Source of the DNA: a virus
Lineage: Duplodnaviria > Caudoviricetes
Direction: 5' to 3' (one strand)
DNA: 36,158 nucleotides
IMG/VR virus record: IMGVR_UViG_3300022697_000054
Location: 1 to 36,158 of that record
In this document: positions 34,562-36,158 of the stretch, one piece after another
Layout: each line of letters starts with the position of its first letter
Numbering within the stretch: position 1 is the stretch's first letter
Translations under genes and position numbers: made by a program
Notes under the pieces: generated by a model
What the model was told of the DNA's origin: nothing
Databases searched by the model: none
What the model saw: only the letters and a program-made list of their open reading frames with translations

Positions 34562-35272
34562 TTATAAAATTCCTACGTTTACAATGAAATCGAAAGACGG
34601 CGAAGTGCCGCCAATCGTAAAATCAACTCTGTACCAGTCGTCAGTTATCGCACCGGCAAGCTCTTTCCATTCGCTCGTAATCCCGGTTGCCTGCGTGAAG
34701 GTTATCCGTGAAACAGGCGAAGTGAAACCGCTTGCGGTATCGCTTTGTATAACTACGTCAAGTGTCGGTGACGTGCCGGACACGGTTGTAACGTGCATCG
34801 AAGCGTAAAGAGTTTGAGCCGCTGATACCGCGCCTAATTGCCGTGCCGTACCGCTTGCGCTCGCTGTTTTTGCCGCGTTTAAAAGAATCGTACCTTTATA
34901 AAATGCGTTGCCTTTTCCCGACACGGAAAATTTAAACGTATCGCCTACTGAACCGCCGGGCGAATAAGCCGCGTGCGCCGCTTTAATCGAAAAAGCGTCT
35001 TCGCCTTCCGCGCCTGTATCGGCGGATAGAGTAGCCGCCACATCTGCAAGTGAGAGATTTGCAAAAAATTCCGAGTCCGGTGTAGCATCCCAAAAACCTT
35101 CGTAAGCGAATCCAGCGGTTTTTAAGCCTGCCAGATTTATTTCCGTCACGTCTGCAAGCGATGTTGAATCCTGCATATTTGCGCCTAAATCCAGTCCCGC
35201 CGCTGATAGTCGGTTTGAAAATTCATAACTGCCGACCCATACCTTGCGTTGTTTAACAATCTGTAATCCCAT
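34562..35272 (-). CDS. Tail-tube paralog with C-terminal beta-sandwich domain
   Basis: Shares DSTS..D.TEIN.AGLK and YSP.G.SVGD with 34131-34541; ~110 extra residues. Confidence 0.7.
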   Translation of the reverse strand: MGLQIVKQRKVWVGSYEFSNRLSAAGLDLGANMQDSTSLADVTEINLAGLKTAGFAYEGFWDATPDSEFFANLSLADVAATLSADTGAEGEDAFSIKAAHAAYSPGGSVGDTFKFSVSGKGNAFYKGTILLNAAKTASASGTARQLGAVSAAQTLYASMHVTTVSGTSPTLDVVIQSDTASGFTSPVSRITFTQATGITSEWKELAGAITDDWYRVDFTIGGTSPSFDFIVNVGIL

Positions 35273-35287
35273 GAGTCACCTCCTTTT

Positions 35288-35674
35288 TTATTCCTCAAAA
35301 GTTATCTTATAATCTTGTATGACAAAAGTCTTTTTTACTTCAGGGTCATACTGTTCTATATCCATTTCAATAAATGAATCTTGTATTACTACCGTTGCTT
35401 CCGTGCCGCTCCATCGCTGTAATGCCGCCCGCACCTGCTCTCCGACATCCTTTGCGGATGAATAACTATCAGCAAACGATGATATTCTTACCCGTGCCGT
35501 TGCGAGTCCGGGGTCGGAACCCATCGCGGACTCTCTTGTTTTTGAAACGATCTGATAAACAACCGCAGGCATCGTGGAGTCCTGCGGCAGTTTAAGCGGA
35601 TATATTCTTGTCGATATAAGCGCGGATAATCCCGCGTATCCATCGAGCCTGCTTGTAATGGCCTTTTCAATCAT
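35288..35674 (-). CDS. Tail terminator/completion protein (DUF3168-like)
   Basis: RIYPLKLPQ...PAVVYQ...VRAAL. Confidence 0.85.
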   Translation of the reverse strand: MIEKAITSRLDGYAGLSALISTRIYPLKLPQDSTMPAVVYQIVSKTRESAMGSDPGLATARVRISSFADSYSSAKDVGEQVRAALQRWSGTEATVVIQDSFIEMDIEQYDPEVKKTFVIQDYKITFEE

Positions 35675-36081
35675 CGGAAACTTTCTCTTTCAATAAGCTG
35701 ATGTATTTCCTCTTTTACTTTTTCAACAACCTCTTTTTGTGTGCTTTCAACGGCGGGAGTTATAAACGGATGTGCGGCGCGTGTTATTGTGCCGAACTCC
35801 AGGAAATGTGCATACCACGCGCCTTTAAGATCGCTTCGCTTTTTCCCGCGCTTAACGCCAACCTGCAATTCGATTTTGCCCTTGTCTTTTATAGCCATTA
35901 CGCCTATCGCTCTTTTTAGCCTGCCTGTTTTTGTAGGCGCATTTTCCCGCGCTTGCTTAACGATAATCTTCGCCCCGGCGCGTAAAGCCTGCATACCGAG
36001 CTTACGTTCTACACGCAAATCCAATTTGCGCAGATTAGCCGCAACTTCTTTTAACCCCGAAATTCTTACTGACGCATCCAT
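35671..36081 (-). CDS. HK97 gp10-family tail component
   Basis: ALRAGAK, APTKTGRLK..I, WYAHFLEFGT, AHPFITPA. Confidence 0.92.
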   Translation of the reverse strand: MDASVRISGLKEVAANLRKLDLRVERKLGMQALRAGAKIIVKQARENAPTKTGRLKRAIGVMAIKDKGKIELQVGVKRGKKRSDLKGAWYAHFLEFGTITRAAHPFITPAVESTQKEVVEKVKEEIHQLIERESFR

Positions 36082-36158
36082 TATTGCACCCGCTCAATCG
36101 CTATCATTTCCAGCGTCCGCTTTCTTGCATCGACATCTATTACATCTCTAATATCAAA
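36060..36158. repeat. Terminal direct repeat, copy 2
   Basis: Identical to 1-99. Confidence 0.95.

Noticed and set aside
36060-36158. 99-bp end repeat as a biological terminal repeat
   Set aside because: The length matches a common assembler k-mer, it falls across two neck genes, and the HNH/P27 TerS/TerL set suggests cos packaging elsewhere

Overview
This window is a complete, circularly closed tailed-phage genome of about 36,059 bp. Bases 1-99 equal 36060-36158, which is an assembly overlap. It is siphovirus-like with an HK97-type head. One long minus-strand late operon wraps through the contig ends: M15 endolysin, holin, HNH, TerS, TerL, portal, a degenerate Dam-like protein, ClpP protease, capsid, decoration and neck proteins, two tail-tube paralogs, frameshifted chaperones, tape measure, tail tip and two fibres. 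The remainder is a lambdoid-style replication and recombination region: an initiator with internal iterons, ERF, SSB, a beta-class methylase, VRR-NUC, HNH-AP2 and many small ORFs. I recognise no integrase or repressor. The most unusual signals are: (1) three promoter-proximal leaders sharing a pseudoknot topology, each with a leaderless uORF that overlaps the next gene's start; (2) an identical 19-aa peptide inserted into both the neck stopper and the tail-tip hub, with only synonymous DNA differences; (3) a catalytically dead Dam homolog inside the head module; (4) two tRNA-like RNAs without a canonical anticodon loop; (5) duplicated sigma54-type promoters, one with a perfect IHF site. All family assignments are by-eye motif recognition, not database results.
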